From positions 3,256,389-3,320,388 of the forward strand of contig CM121343.1 of NCBI GenBank assembly GCA_051530055.1: DNA of 64,000 bases. Reading direction: 5' to 3'. The position numbers and the translations under genes were made by a program. Shown piece after piece: positions 12,900 to 26,500 of this stretch (positions are counted from its first letter, which is position 1; the number at the start of each line of letters is the position of its first letter). The notes under the pieces are model-generated. The model was not told the origin of the DNA, did no database searches, and worked only from the letters and a program-made list of their open reading frames with translations. Source of the DNA: Neoechinorhynchus agilis. Lineage: Eukaryota > Animalia > Acanthocephala.

Positions 12900-15141
12900 C
12901 CATTTGCCAGTTCGCTGGAGACTTATTCCAGTTATGACTAAATGATCTCCCCCGCAACAAGTCCATCCTGAAGAAAATTTTAGGGTCTGGTATCGACTAT
13001 GTTTTCGGGGATTTCAATTATCCGTCGCAATCAGTTCTGGAGAGTCTCACAATGTCATTATGCCGGACTATTCTACCTTTACTGATGGATACTCATCCTC
13101 CTACCTGGATCTGCACCTATACCGCAAAACCTGCTTTTATAAACCTATCCTAACTGCTCAGTCCTCTCTCTTTCGGGTCGCAAGGCACGACATTTTGAAT
13201 TGGGAGCTCAACAATAACGTTCTGCTATCAAGGAAGTTCAAATTGAGTTGGTTGAATGTCAACCTCTTCAATACTGCTACCTGCATCTTTTTGTCCTGTT
13301 CAAAATCCACCGAGATTGCCGACATCAACAATTTTCTGGCTGACACTAGTGACTATCTTCTTACAACCGTTAGCAGATCCGTAGGAATACCCGGGAAACC
13401 CAACCTATTATCCCTTTACGGTAGGGAGCTCTTTAAAGCTAAGGCAGCGGCGGGCGACACCGGTTTCCAGATCGCCCAAGATCGCAAAAGGATCAGCTCT
13501 TACCTACCACACATCCCTCGGAATGGTGGAGATTGGTAAACCGGAAGCGCACCTTCCCCTGGCAAAGGGCAGCCGCCTCTTGGATCAAAGCTTCAAGCTT
13601 TGACACAGTCATCAGTGCACTCTGCTCCGAACACTCCAACGGTGCCAGTCCGGTCCCTATCTCCACGTACTTCATACACCCAAGCCACGAAGACTTTATC
13701 TTACTAAAAACGACTTTTTATAGTGGTGGACTTCCAAGAATCTTACCTCATGCAATGGCCCCTCAGCTTGTTTCAAAGTTACCAACGTCTTGAACAAGAC
13801 TAACATTTCCCTGCTGACCAGTTCTTTGCTATTAGCCTCACCCGACGAATGGTCCAAAATCAATATTGCTAAAAGGATTTTCCTACGCAAAGGTAAAGTT
13901 AGATCAATATCTTCGCCGGGAGATGTAAGGCCTATTTCCATCGAAAACTCGCTGGTCTCCATTTATGCGAGAATCCTTGCCAAGCGGCTCATCGATAAGC
14001 GATACTACGGCTTCGTTCCCGGCCAATCAGTTCATTCAGCTATGAATGAAATTTTACATAGTTTTGGTCAGAACCGTCGAGCTATGAATATCTTGATTTC
14101 ATTTGACATCAGCAAGGCGTTTGACAATATTGATTTTGTTGCAAAGACAATTCATTGTTATTTGTTGACAGGAGAGATAAATGAAATTAAGATTTTATTG
14201 GATATTTCGATTCAATATCTCGGATCTTCTTCAGCGATTGTTTGTAAGTTTTTGACGAACTCACGTATTTAAAAACTTACAAACAATCGCTGAAGAAGAT
14301 CCGAGATAGTGGATCGAAATATCCAATAAAATCTTAATTTCATTTATTTTCTCCTATCAACAAATATTGATTTTATCATGAATATTATGCGGTATTGTAA
14401 TTATCCTTTTAACTTCATAGCTAAAGTTTACAATACTTTGAAGTCCAAACGGTTATTTTTCTCGGATGACCCCGACCGCTCGATCTACTTTCATTTTAAA
14501 GGAGTTCCACAAAGCTCTCCTTTATTCTATTCTGCTTGACCTCTCAATATATAGTTCGAAACTGCACAGTTTGTCGTTCTATTACCATGTACGCGGACAA
14601 CCTGACTGTGGTAATTAAGGAATGTAACTATGTGCAAGCTCAAGCGAAACTTGGTGCAATACCAAAAAAATTAAAAAAAAATACATCACATAGGTCTTGC
14701 CTTTAATAAAAAGAAGACCGAGTTTTGAATAAAATCGAGATCCTCCCTTTGTAAGCGACACATTAGAGTTCGTCAAGGAGTTTTTCCCGATATACCACAG
14801 ACTCAACATTCTAGGCTATCAGTCTCGGCCGACAGGCCTCAAACTCAATTCATGTAGATCTATTTGGAACTTTTTGGATATATCTGGTCTATTTTTTTAT
14901 TCTAGAGGATAGCCGCCCGAACAACACCAGAGCTTTCGCTGCCCTTCGCATGAACCAACTGAGTCGACTAAACCACCAAAGTGGACAAATAGACCGATTA
15001 TTCAAACTAGCACGGATTACTTGGATAACAGCATTCTCCAGAGTGATTCCTATAGCATTTACTGTGGGTATAAGGTTCAATGAGTCGAGAAATACCGCGT
15101 ATGGTGATGTATTAAAAAATCTGCAAAAAAATGGGGTGTAG
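12900..15141 (+). mobile_element. Decayed non-LTR (LINE) retrotransposon with AP-endonuclease and RT remnants
   Basis: GDFN at 13007-13018; RPISI..YGFVPG..FDISKAFDNID; GVPQSSPL; YADN at 14590-14601; frameshifted and interrupted. Confidence 0.85.
14138..14362. mobile_element. Palindromic double-hammerhead mini-element, family C, inserted in the LINE with a 12-bp TSD
   Basis: aatattgatttt at 14126-14137 and 14363-14374; cores CUGAAGA-A-GAUCC/GGAUC-GAAAUAUC at 14290-14323 (+) and 14201-14234 (-). Confidence 0.9.
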
Positions 15142-15635
15142 ATATTTACGCTTTGCTCATAGTTTTTAAATGCTCCGTAAAATCGTAAAGTATGCGAAAT
15201 AGGTTTAAGGTAAATTCGTTATTGGAAATATTGGAAGGAATAATTTTCCAAATGAGTAATGAGTTCCAGGATGGCGAATTACATTTCTTCAACGACATAC
15301 GGCATCAAATAGCTCCTGGATTGCTCACATGCTCTTTGCTTCAATGACACATTCCATAGCCTCTTTTCATCTCTACTCGAGAGTACACTCAAGTAAGTTC
15401 ATGACACTTCGCGTTTTCGTTGAACTTTGTCTGTACTCGTTTGTTCATTTGTACCCAAAACACTTATTCATTTGTCTCTTTTTCCTCTTGAACCACGTGT
15501 GTAATACATCCGCATATACTGGCTCATTAAACAGAACTCAGTATAACATTGATTCAAAACTCCACTTCGTCTTAAAGGAAGTAGATCACGAAACGGGAGG
15601 ATCACGGACTAATTCTAGATCACACCGACTGAAAA

Positions 15636-16815
15636 ATGGGATCAAAAAGTTCCAAATCTAAGGCAAATCCGAGGGTAGATGCAGTAGCACCGGATTATTA
15701 TGCCAATCCGCCGTATATTTACCCTCCACGTGGTACAAGAAGCACCAATAGTTTTCGACAGGCTGCATTTAACTCAAGCTATCCTGCAACTTCCGGTGGC
15801 CGAGGTGTGCGGTATGTTTGCACTCCAGCCTCTCGAAGCGCTCATTTTCCAAGCAGTAATGGACACTCACCGACGTTTTTCGACAACGTCTATAATCCAA
15901 GCACAGTCCCAATGAATGGGGTAAAGCCAGCGTTTTCGTTTGTCATATAGTTGTTAGTCTTCGGTATACTTAATCCGGAGAATCACAACCGTAAATCCGC
16001 CCCCAGACTATCCTAAACTTGCTACCCATTCTAATCAATCTCAATGGCGTTACGATCCACCCATGCAATTGCCCACGCCAGTACCAATGTCTGTGCCTGC
16101 GGCTCCAGCTTCAATGCCCGATATGTCTTTTGAAAATCAGTTTCAAGTGGGTTCTGATGCGAAGAAAATTCATAAATCAAAAGGCGCTCGTAAAGGATAT
16201 GATACAATTGTGATTAAAAAAAGGAAAAAACCCCACAAAAGGGTATGTATTCGAAATGGCCTTTGAAAGCAATCTTAATTTCATAGTACTATAGAAAGCA
16301 CTTTTATATACGCCACCAACAACTGCTACGACCCAAGATATTATTGAAGAGATGATTCCTCCTTCTAAAGTCATAATTGAGCAAGTACCAATCGTAAGTA
16401 CAGGTTTATGGTAAAGAATTATCCACCTAAAATCCAAAAGGGTTACACCACTACTCAGACTGTCATACAACCGCCCCCACAAGCAATTCATGTCACAACC
16501 CAAAAGTTCATAGTCATCGATGTGTGCAAGAACCAAGAAGGGTTATGCATTCCCCGATTGTCTGTTTTGAACACTGATCAACTCAAGACACTGGCAGATT
16601 CAAATGGTCTTATACCATTGGACGGGAAATTCAGGTTTATCAATCAGGCTGATGTATTGCCTCTGGTGGGAGATAGCAATGTACTAAACACCATAAATTT
16701 GTCATCTCAAGCAGCTAACAGGGAACAAGAAACAGTAGACGGCAGCGTTGGAGTTGACTTGGAGAAACTAACACAATTGCTCACAAACCAATTTAACGCA
16801 AACGAAACTTCATGA
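15636..16815 (+). CDS. Unidentified multi-exon Pro/Val-rich protein with an MGxxxS myristoylation-like N-terminus
   Basis: ORFs 15636, 16063 and 16408 joinable by GT..AG introns (e.g. 16394-16458); no family recognised. Confidence 0.55.
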
Positions 16816-17118
16816 TATTTTCAGACGAGAAACATTTACGCGATCATAAATACACATAATCGCAATTCCTTTTAGCGAAAAGTAAATGTTTGTATTTAAA
16901 CGTCTAATGAAAAGTAAAAGTTTAATAGTATTTCGTTTGTTTTTTAAGTGAAATAAGTGGTAAATGAGTTTTAGAAATATGACATTCAGGTGGAATTTTG
17001 TCCATTCGGAATGATCGTTCTCTACTGCCTCAAAGAACCAATGATATTTAGGATATTCAATGATTTTCCTATCAGTAGATCTCGACAGCACGTTGAGTCA
17101 TATAGCGACAAATTGTTT

Positions 17119-18592
17119 AATTTTGACTTGTGGTGAGTATACTCGCCCTAATCAAAAAATCATTTTATTATTAGGAAATAATTCGAAAAAGGAAACCTCG
17201 CTTTATCAATCATCTAAAAAGGTTTTTGGTTATTTTCCATGTTTTGTCTAAAAGACTCGGGTTGACAGGTTGGCTCCTTCCAACAAGGTTCGGGGACCGT
17301 GTACCCGCTCGTAAACCCTGCTCTTTATCGTGGGTGTCCTATTGATTTTTAGTTTTACGCTGAAATTCGCTTTAATTGCCTTCAATTGTATCGGCCGCAG
17401 AGATGTGTGCTAGGCCTCAAGAACAAGACGCCTTCCAAAATTTGGCTCCTTCTCTATAAATTCCGTCCCACGATCAAACAAACGGAGTAGCCATGGAATC
17501 CCCATTAGCTCCGACCTTAGCTGGCATCTATAGGCGGGAGTGGGAGTTCACTTTCTTACAGCATCCTAAGGATGTTAATCGGTGGTGGTGGCGGTATGTG
17601 TTCGTTATGATTGATTCTAACCACAGCAACGAATCACTTAAAGCCGTATTGAACAGTCAAGATCTGAACATACAGTTGAAAGTTAATAACGGCAATGACA
17701 ATGGTAAGATTTGGTTGACGGACGTTCTGATTAAACGTTCAACATAAGACAAAGCACTGCTTCATTTCGCAAACCCAACGTGCCTTGGGGACCACCGCAT
17801 TGGTCCAGTCATCAACCAATGAGGCACAAAATCCCTGCGGTGACTACCATCCACTCGAGTTGCGTGGATAATGGAAAGGGATAGTATTGTGAGGGAATTG
17901 CGAATAAGAGGATACCCTAAATGGATAATTGACTGCGGGATTAAGAGGACGCCAAACTGTCCAATTCGAAATTGCTGAATTTATTTTGGTGATGCAACAA
18001 ACCAAATGATCAATTCGATTATAAAGACGAAGGTTGGAGTTCCTCGCAATCACGTCCAAGAAGAAGGTTTCACAATGATCCAACTTGAGGGGGGGTCTAT
18101 AAAATACAGTGCAATCAATGTGACAAAGCGTACTTCGACCAAACAATGAAGGACATTCCGAATAGAATCACCGAACATAAACAAGCCTGTCGACTTTTCG
18201 ATCGCTCATCTGCGATTTCAAACAACATCGCATAGATTTGGATTGCACTGAATTTATAGAGAAGGAGCCAAATCTTGGAAGGCGTCTTGTTCCTGAGGCC
18301 TAGCACACATCTCTGTGGCCGATATAATTGAAGGCAATTAAAGCGAATTTCAGCGTAAAACTAAAAATCAATAGAGCGGGTACACGGTCCCCGAACCTTG
18401 TTGGAAGGAGCCAACCTGTCAACCCGAGTCTTTTAGACAAAACATGGAAAATAACCATAAACCTTTTTAGATGATTGATAAAGCGAGGTTTCCTTTTTCG
18501 AATTATTTCCTAATAATAAACTGATTTTTTGATTAGGGCGAGTATACTCACCACAAGTCAAAATTTACCATCCCGGTGGATTTTCTCGATAA
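17119..18592 (+). mobile_element. 5'-truncated Penelope-like element (RT 3' part plus GIY-YIG) with an inverted copy of its 3' end/pseudo-LTR; family D hammerhead
   Basis: QTNGVAMESPLAPTLA..WRYV; VYKIQCNQCDKAY at 18095; 17119-17463 is the reverse complement of 18250-18565; UUGAUAA core at 18475-18481. Confidence 0.9.
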
Positions 18593-19429
18593 AATTCTTT
18601 AATATATTAATATTCCGGGCATCATTGAAAATGCCTTGTCAATTTCACTTATACAAAAACGCAGTAAAAGGCAGGACTGGAACCACGAATTCCATTTACT
18701 GCATGACACCTTTCAATCTTCACGTTATAATCAAATTAGCGTCGAAGTGAGATGTACAAACTCATAACTGTAAGGTAAAGGGTTTTAGGTTATTTAATGC
18801 GCTTCCCTTGCCCAAATCGAGGGGTCGTGTGCCCAAGGAAAATAATTAACCGTGAAATTATGGTCACTTTAACGCTTAATAAAAAGTAACCAGTTAGCCA
18901 AATATGAGATAAACTAATCAAATTAGTGATTAAATAGCTTTGAATTATTTTGAGCCAATTAAGTAAAAAATATATTAGCGGATGAGATAGAAGCGAAAAA
19001 ATCATAACCTGAGATCAATTTCGTATATTTGAAGCTCTCAGAATTTTGATGTCTTAGTCAAATCATGAATTCCCTGGGTTCATCTATAATGGTAGATCAT
19101 AAAGTAACTGCGTCTTGGCATAAAACTCCCGTTAAATGAATAATTTAGAATCGAAGGATGGACATTCGCAGTTCATACAAAAGATCAGATTGCCGCAAAC
19201 CACAATTAATTTCGTCTGAAATGTTGACTGCTGCAATCAAACGCTAGATTCGATTTTTTGGTCTAATCTCGAAATCAGGTTTCCGTGTTCAAATCGCCGA
19301 TATATCACGATCGGCTTAAAAAATGTTTTTTTGAACAAATAATCCAAAATGTTTTCCATTTCACGTCGCTATGAGAATAAATGTCTATTATAATAAAACT
19401 AAAAACGACATCTAAGAGTGCTAAACATT

Positions 19430-19759
19430 TTAGTCAATACTGCCTCCTAAGTTCATGAATCGAAGTTTTGGGTAAGCCGCAAAATAGTTATCCATTAGAT
19501 ACCAGCGGCCAAGTTCATCCGAGGATCTACGATGATTACGTTTTTCGAAACTGATTTGTGCCCAACTTGGTCTTTTATTGATAGTAATGGCGGAATCACC
19601 GTCAAAGTTTCTATAACTTCTCAACCGATCATTAGAGCAGTGTAGAACAGTGTCGCGATTATACATCGGTATAGTTTGAGCAGAATATACGCAAAACAAC
19701 ATCAAATAAATTATCGACAGAGATGGTCGCCAATTGATTTTAACATTCATTTGCTTCAT
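19430..19759 (-). CDS. Small secreted protein, possible neuropeptide precursor
   Basis: Hydrophobic N-terminal segment (LSIIYLMLFCVYSA) and dibasic sites (KR, KR, RR). Confidence 0.4.
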   Translation of the reverse strand: MKQMNVKINWRPSLSIIYLMLFCVYSAQTIPMYNRDTVLHCSNDRLRSYRNFDGDSAITINKRPSWAQISFEKRNHRRSSDELGRWYLMDNYFAAYPKLRFMNLGGSID

Positions 19760-20164
19760 CGATCGCTAGTCGAGTGAATAATATACCTAAATACATCAAT
19801 AATGTGAATATGCGTCCAAGATGCGGATATTTTCAACTTTGGTAACTTATTGTGCTTACCAGTTCGAGCTTCGAAATTTGCAGAGATTTTATCAATCTTA
19901 GCATCATTGTCGAATACTCGTGTATATATGCGACCGTGCCATCCTTAAATATGTCTCCTTGCGGAATTCGTGAATGAGTAAATAGCTCATGGGAACGCAA
20001 AGTTACATCGAATACAAAAAAATGCTTTAAAACAACTTGCGAACTTTGTTCATCAATAAAACCGTCAACATAGGTAAGCGATTCATGACTAAAATATTAA
20101 AGGTTGAAATTGGGTCTTTAAATGCATATAATATTTTTATTATTGCAGAATTAAAGAAATTCCG

Positions 20165-21262
20165 TAGGAAACGATAATACGCCAATTTAAATAATGAAAT
20201 TCCAAATGTTTACCAACGCAATAAGCCTTATTCTTTATTTTTTGATTTTCAACTCCCAATAGCACTATAAAAAATTTATATTTTATTTCCTGCTATGTAG
20301 CACCTTTTCAACAACAAACCAAAAAAAATTAGGAAACGATAATACGCCAATTTAAATAATGAAATTCCAAATGTTTACCAACGCAATAAGCCTTATTCTT
20401 TATTTTTTGATTTTCAACTCCCAATAGCACTATAAAAAATTTATATTTTATTTCCTGCTACTTGGTAGCACCTTTTCAATCAATGCTATATTATCCATTT
20501 AAAAGTGATTTAAATAAAAGTCGACGAGGGAAATCGGCTGACTTGAAAAACATTTTAATGATTAGGAAACGATAATACGCCAATTTAAATAATGAAATTC
20601 CAAATGTTTACCAACGCAATAAGCCCTATTCTTTATTTTTTGATTTTCAACTCCCAATAGCACTATAAAAAATTTATATTTTATTTCCTGCTACTTGGTA
20701 GCACCTTTTCAATCAATGCTATATTATCCATTTAAAAGTGATTTAAATAAAAGTCGACGAGGGACAATCGGCTGACTTGAAAAACATTTTAATGATTAGG
20801 AAACGATAATACGCCAATTTAAATAATGAAATTCCAAATGTTTACCAACGCAATAAGCCTTATTCTTTATTTTTTGATTTTCAACTCCCAATAGCACTAT
20901 AAAAAATTTATATTTTATTTCCTGCTACTTGGTAGCACCTTTTCAATCAATGCTATATTATCCATTTAAAAGTGATTTAAATAAAAGTCGAAGAGGGATA
21001 ATCGGCTGACTTGAAAAACATTTTAATGATTAGGAAACGATAATACGCCAATTTAAATAATGAAATTCCAAATGTTTACCAACGCAATAAGCCTTATTCT
21101 TTATTTTTTGATTTTCAACTCCCAATAGCACTATAAAAAATTTATATTTTATTTCCTGCTACTTGGTAGCACCTTTTCAATCAATGCTATATTATCCATT
21201 TAAAAGTGATTTAAATAAAAGTCGACGAGGGATAATCGGCTGACTTGAAAAACATTTTAATG
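20165..21262. repeat. AT-rich tandem repeat, ~234-bp unit, ~4.7 copies
   Basis: taggaaacgataatacgcc recurs at 20165, 20330, 20563, 20797 and 21031. Confidence 0.95.
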
Positions 21263-21974
21263 AGCAATCGTTACTAATTCTTTGAGTGCAACTATCGGAA
21301 AATCGAATTGTCGATGGAATGGGTATCTCCTTTAACATAAAAATTGCAAGCACTACACGATTCCGCAAGATGGAAAGACCGGACGAATGAGATATATTTG
21401 TTCTAAAGGTGCAGAATATCCATGATCTTTCATTACTGTTATCTATCGCTTAAATATAATCCGTATAATCTTTATAACATTGATTGAGAGCTGCGTTTTT
21501 TCCTCTGAAAAGTTCCGTCAGTAAATCGAAAATGAACGAACTTTATGTATCAAAGTGTTCGTGTTATAGTAATTAAAAAATTCAATATTTGGTAGGCAAC
21601 AACATAATCATCGAAAATTATCGCTTTCAATGAAATCGAATATTATTTAAAAATCAATTTAGTATAAAATGTAATTAATTTGCAAAATCAAATAGCTAAA
21701 CGACTATTAGAAGAGTAGCAGCAATTAATAATTGCGCTCAAGTGAAATTAAGGCACAATGTAAACCTATTTTATTTTTGCTCAAAATTGAATTCAGATAT
21801 CATTCGTGACAATGATAAACTCAGTGCAAATGCCTTCGAAACTTCTTATCGTCAAACTTGAATGATCTCTATAAATTACCAAATAATAAATTTAAAGTAA
21901 TTGGTTTAACTTTTACTTTGTCTTTGAGTGCATTTTTTATATTTATCCGAATAAATTAAAAATATTTATCTTAT

Positions 21975-22545
21975 GCCTCGCTAACTGGCTACTTTTTATT
22001 AAGCGTTAAAGTGAACGTCATTACATGGCTGCTGAGTATTTTCCTTCGGCACACAGTCCACCGCCGATTCATTGGTCAAGGAAGCGCTGGTTTTGTGATA
22101 AATACCCATGACCGTACGGTTATAGGTTTGAACATTCCTCCGGATCTTAAGATACCTCCAGGAAACGGGGCTTATCAATGAGTTTCCTCGATTCACTGTA
22201 TTTCGTCCTCGGCGACAATGGATTTTGAACCCTTCGACTTTTGAAACAGAGATTCAAAGCTCAAGTCCACTGGACCACCTCGCCACAACTAAGGAATTTA
22301 CAATCTCTGCCAATTTTTAGCTTTTATCTTGTCTAGCTAGTCGGTTCCTTTTTTTTATTAAACGTTAAAGTGAACATCACTACACGGCTGCTGATAATTT
22401 TCCTTTGGCACACAGCTCACCAATCTGGGTAAGGGAAACGAATAAAATCACACTTAATACCCTGAACCGTATTTGAACATTCCTTCGAATCCTGAGATAC
22501 ATCCAGGAGGCAGAGCTCACCAGTGAGTTTCCTACTCATAACCGT
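21975..22545 (-). mobile_element. tRNA-headed SINE, one full copy (22290-21975) and one partial, diverged copy
   Basis: Reverse complement agttgtggcgaggtggtccagtgg...ggttcaaaatcc; body shared with the 2.3-kb and 60.6-kb copies. Confidence 0.7.
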
Positions 22546-23595
22546 AAGGTATCACCGAGATCGGTCAGCTGTGTAATGGTAGTCACTCCAAACACTTAAA
22601 AATATTTATCTAGAAAAGTTGTTATTTTCTTTGTTCCGTGGTATAAAAGTGAACTATTTAGTGATATTTCCTTTTCTGAAGAAAGGACTTGTTGGTATTA
22701 TGACAGTAGAAATGTGCCACAGTTGGATTGACAATTGAGTGATGAATACCTTGTGCTACTTTAAACATTGGTAAGACAATTATTCTAGTTAGAATAAGGA
22801 ATTGCACTCATAGAACAAACGAAGATTAATCAGAAAATGCGATTTTGATGTGCAAAACGGTTGCTTGAATTTTAAGTTCTTAAAATCGTGATTCAACGCA
22901 ACATTGAACATGAGTTTTTGCGTGAGGTTGAACCTGAAGGACTAAATGCGACCTAAATGCACTGATGTTTAAAATTTGTTTGAAATGGGGTTGTTTTGAT
23001 GCATTAAATATAAAAGGCGACTGAACCGAGATCTAATAGATGGATCGAGGTACCCAATTATCGATGCAAGTATTTTTCTTGATTGATAATCAGTGAATTA
23101 ATCTTGAACTATCTCATAGATTCTGTACATTAGACTTGCATAGAACGTGCGCTGTTGAATTTGAGTTGCGTCAACTCACGGGGAGCCTCTTGTTTTTTGC
23201 TTTATACGCAACATCGTTATGCACTTTCCTAGGATTTTTAACTGTTCTTGTTTCTTTAATTTCAATATATTGTTTTTATCAGCAAAACGAGTTATGCGAA
23301 GCAACTTGTTGTGTTCGTGAATGTTGATTTCAATGTCTTAGGATAGTCGCTCCTATTGATAGCGATAGAGACGATCTAGGTACTCGTTAGTGTTTCACTT
23401 TGAACACACTTACCGGCTAGTCGTTTTCCCAACTATGATTCACGGGTTCAACGACATAAACGAACTTCATGTCGAAATTCTTTCCATTGGTAAAAGTACA
23501 TCATTTCTAATGGGTTTATACTCTCTTGTCTTATCCTTACAACGAGAATTTTTAATGGATTTTTAACTAAAAACTATCTAATTTAAAGATTTTTT

Positions 23596-26500
23596 ATGGA
23601 TGTGGAAATCTTCAAGGAAAAAGCACTCAGCATTCTTTGCTTTTTCTCCTCCAAGCGCAGAAGGCTAGACAGTGAGTAATCAAAAAGCGTCGTGTAACTA
23701 CTACCTAAGATATGGTTTCAAGGGCGGACGCGGATCATCTATGCCAACAAGCCTGAACTAAACAAATCCTTCAAATATGTTGTAAGTAATTGACATAAAG
23801 CTGATTTAGTCGCCATTATCTCTTTAACAGAATAATCACATATCGACTTCAAAATATAACTTAATCACGTTCTTGCCAAAAAATCTATTTGAACAGTTCC
23901 AACGAGTTGCCAACCTCTACTTCCTTGGCTTACTGGTCCTTCAGGTCGGTATTGAAATTTTAGCCTTTTCCATATGGACTCAACAATGCAATGATTTGAA
24001 TTACCAACTTTTTCATTGATAAATGAGCACACTTTTATTTTAAAGTTTTAGATCCACTTCTAAAAACGAAAATTCTCGTATAACATGAATTTTTTCTATT
24101 GTGTCAAAGTTTTAATTAATAGTGAATTTTCGCTGAAATCTGAGACTAAATTCTTTTTTTAGAGGAATAATGAACATATTTTAGATCCAAATTTTTTTTA
24201 CAAAATACATATCGTTTATTTTACTATTTCGTTTTTCATTCCTGTGAACATCCCGACGTTGCCAGAATACTGGCAGCGTTTCCTCGCTCGTTGAGCGAGG
24301 GAATTTCTCGAGCGCGTTTCCCCCATCATCCTTTTCGTCCTTAGTTCCAAATCATGGTCCCAAGGCTCCTTACGTTTTCACGGCAAAAAGGACGAAATGG
24401 TAATTCCTTTTGAACGCTTTCGTTCCTCAGCTACGACCGCTGGACCTCCAGGGCTCTTTTTTGAAAAGGGAAAATTACTGGGGGCAAGCGTGTCCACACA
24501 AGTCGCATCCCATAAAAGCGGTCTAAGCAAACACTTTAAACATAAATTCGTCCCAAAAAGGTAAATGTGACTTGAAATTGAGATTTTATCCAAGGAACGG
24601 TCAATTTTTCGAACTTAAATTTTTTTATATTCAGCATGTAACTAACTGGAGTTTCTAACAATTAAGCTCATACCAGTGGTTAGTTCACTCAGTCCACTCA
24701 CTACAATTTTTCCGCTTGCATTGGTTCTTGCGATAACGGCAATAAAAGATGCAATTGACGATATTGTAAGTGGAATTTTTGACAGCACTTCGATGATTAT
24801 TTATTACTAAAATAGAAACGATGTCGCAGTGACAACGAAGTGAACAAAAGACCAGCTTTAGTGCTCAGAGGTCAGCGATTAGAACAAATAACTTGGGATA
24901 AAGTTCAAGTTGGTGATATAATTTATTTGAGCAATGACGAGCTTGTCACGGTATGTTTACTGGAACTCGACTGAGATCAAACATGTAAATCATTTCAGTC
25001 GGATTTGTTACTAATATCAACAAGTGAACCATCGAGTCTGTGCTACATTGAGACGGCTGAATTGGATGGGTATGTGACTTTTTTTGGACTTAATATCACC
25101 ACTACTTGTGGACAGCGAAACGAACTTGAAAGTTAAGCAAGCTCTATCTGAGATGGCAGTTCTCAGTGATGACTTAAGAGCAATATCAAAATTTGATGGA
25201 ATTGTACGATGCGAATCTCCAAATAATCGATTAACTCGTTTCGAAGGAAGTATAGAGATTAACGGAACTAAATTGCCATTAAATGATACAAACATTCTCT
25301 TAAGAGGTTGTAAATCACGGATCATCAAAAAAAAATGTTACATTCCAAGTTGGTGACCCTCGATAAAGATTAAAAAACACAAAGTGGTGTTTTGGACTGA
25401 GTGTTTACACTGGAAACGATACCAAACTCATGATGAATTCTGGGGTAGCCACTTTTAAAATGACACAGATAGACCAAATGCTTAATCAAATTATTATCAA
25501 GATTGTTATCGGATTAGTAATTTGCTGTTTTACTTTAAGCGTGGGGACAATGATATTCGAAGGAGTCACAGGATTTAGCTTCAAAATTTATGCACCATGG
25601 GAAAACTTCGGAGCCACGCAAGGACGGGTCGGTGGTTCCATTGTAATTGGTCTCCTGAATACATTATCCTACACGATTATTCTAAACACCGTGGTTCCAA
25701 TTTCGCTGTATGTTAGCATTGAAATTATCAGACTGTTTCAAAGTAAAATGATTGATTGGGATTTGGCGATGTATTATGAGCCGGATGATATCGCCGCTAA
25801 GGCAAGAACGACTACTTTGAATGAGGAATTGGGAAAAGTGCAATATATATTCTCGGACAAAACAGGGACGTTGACCCAAAATGTGATGACTTTCAACTGT
25901 TGCTCAATTGCTGGAACATGTTATGGACTAACTGAGGACGATTTATCAGCATCAGAAGAGGTGAGATTTATTTGCATATAAATATCACCGCACTCTACTG
26001 CATTTAGGAATCAAATGAAGTGACAACAAATGCTCAAAACGAACTACCTAAGCATCCCTTTTTGGAAGATTCCTTTAAATGGAAAGATAAACGCTTAATA
26101 GATGCAATTGAAAGACAAGACGAAAAGGTTGTAGATTTCATGCTCAACCTAGCATTATGCCACACAGTAATGTGTGAGCTCAAAAAAGGTTCGTGATTAC
26201 AATTAATCGAAAGTTCAACGAGTGAACTACGTAGGGGTTCTTACATACCAAGCACAATCCCCAGACGAAGGAGCACTCGTTTCAGCTGCACGAAATTTCG
26301 GAGTGGTGTTTAAGGTAGGCGAATTTACGAATTTGAAGCAAGTTTGGTTAGTTGGTATGCAGGGGCGGACATCGAATTCAATCAATGTAAATATTCTGGG
26401 AAAGGAAGTGACATTTGATGTACTGAATATACTTGACTTTAATAACGAAAGGAAGAGAATGTCGGTATGTTAGCCTATATTTAATGGGATTTTTACCACC

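Noticed and set aside
16394-16416. Apparent 23-nt micro-intron
   Set aside because: The same donor joins in frame to a CAG at 16458, giving a typical 65-nt intron
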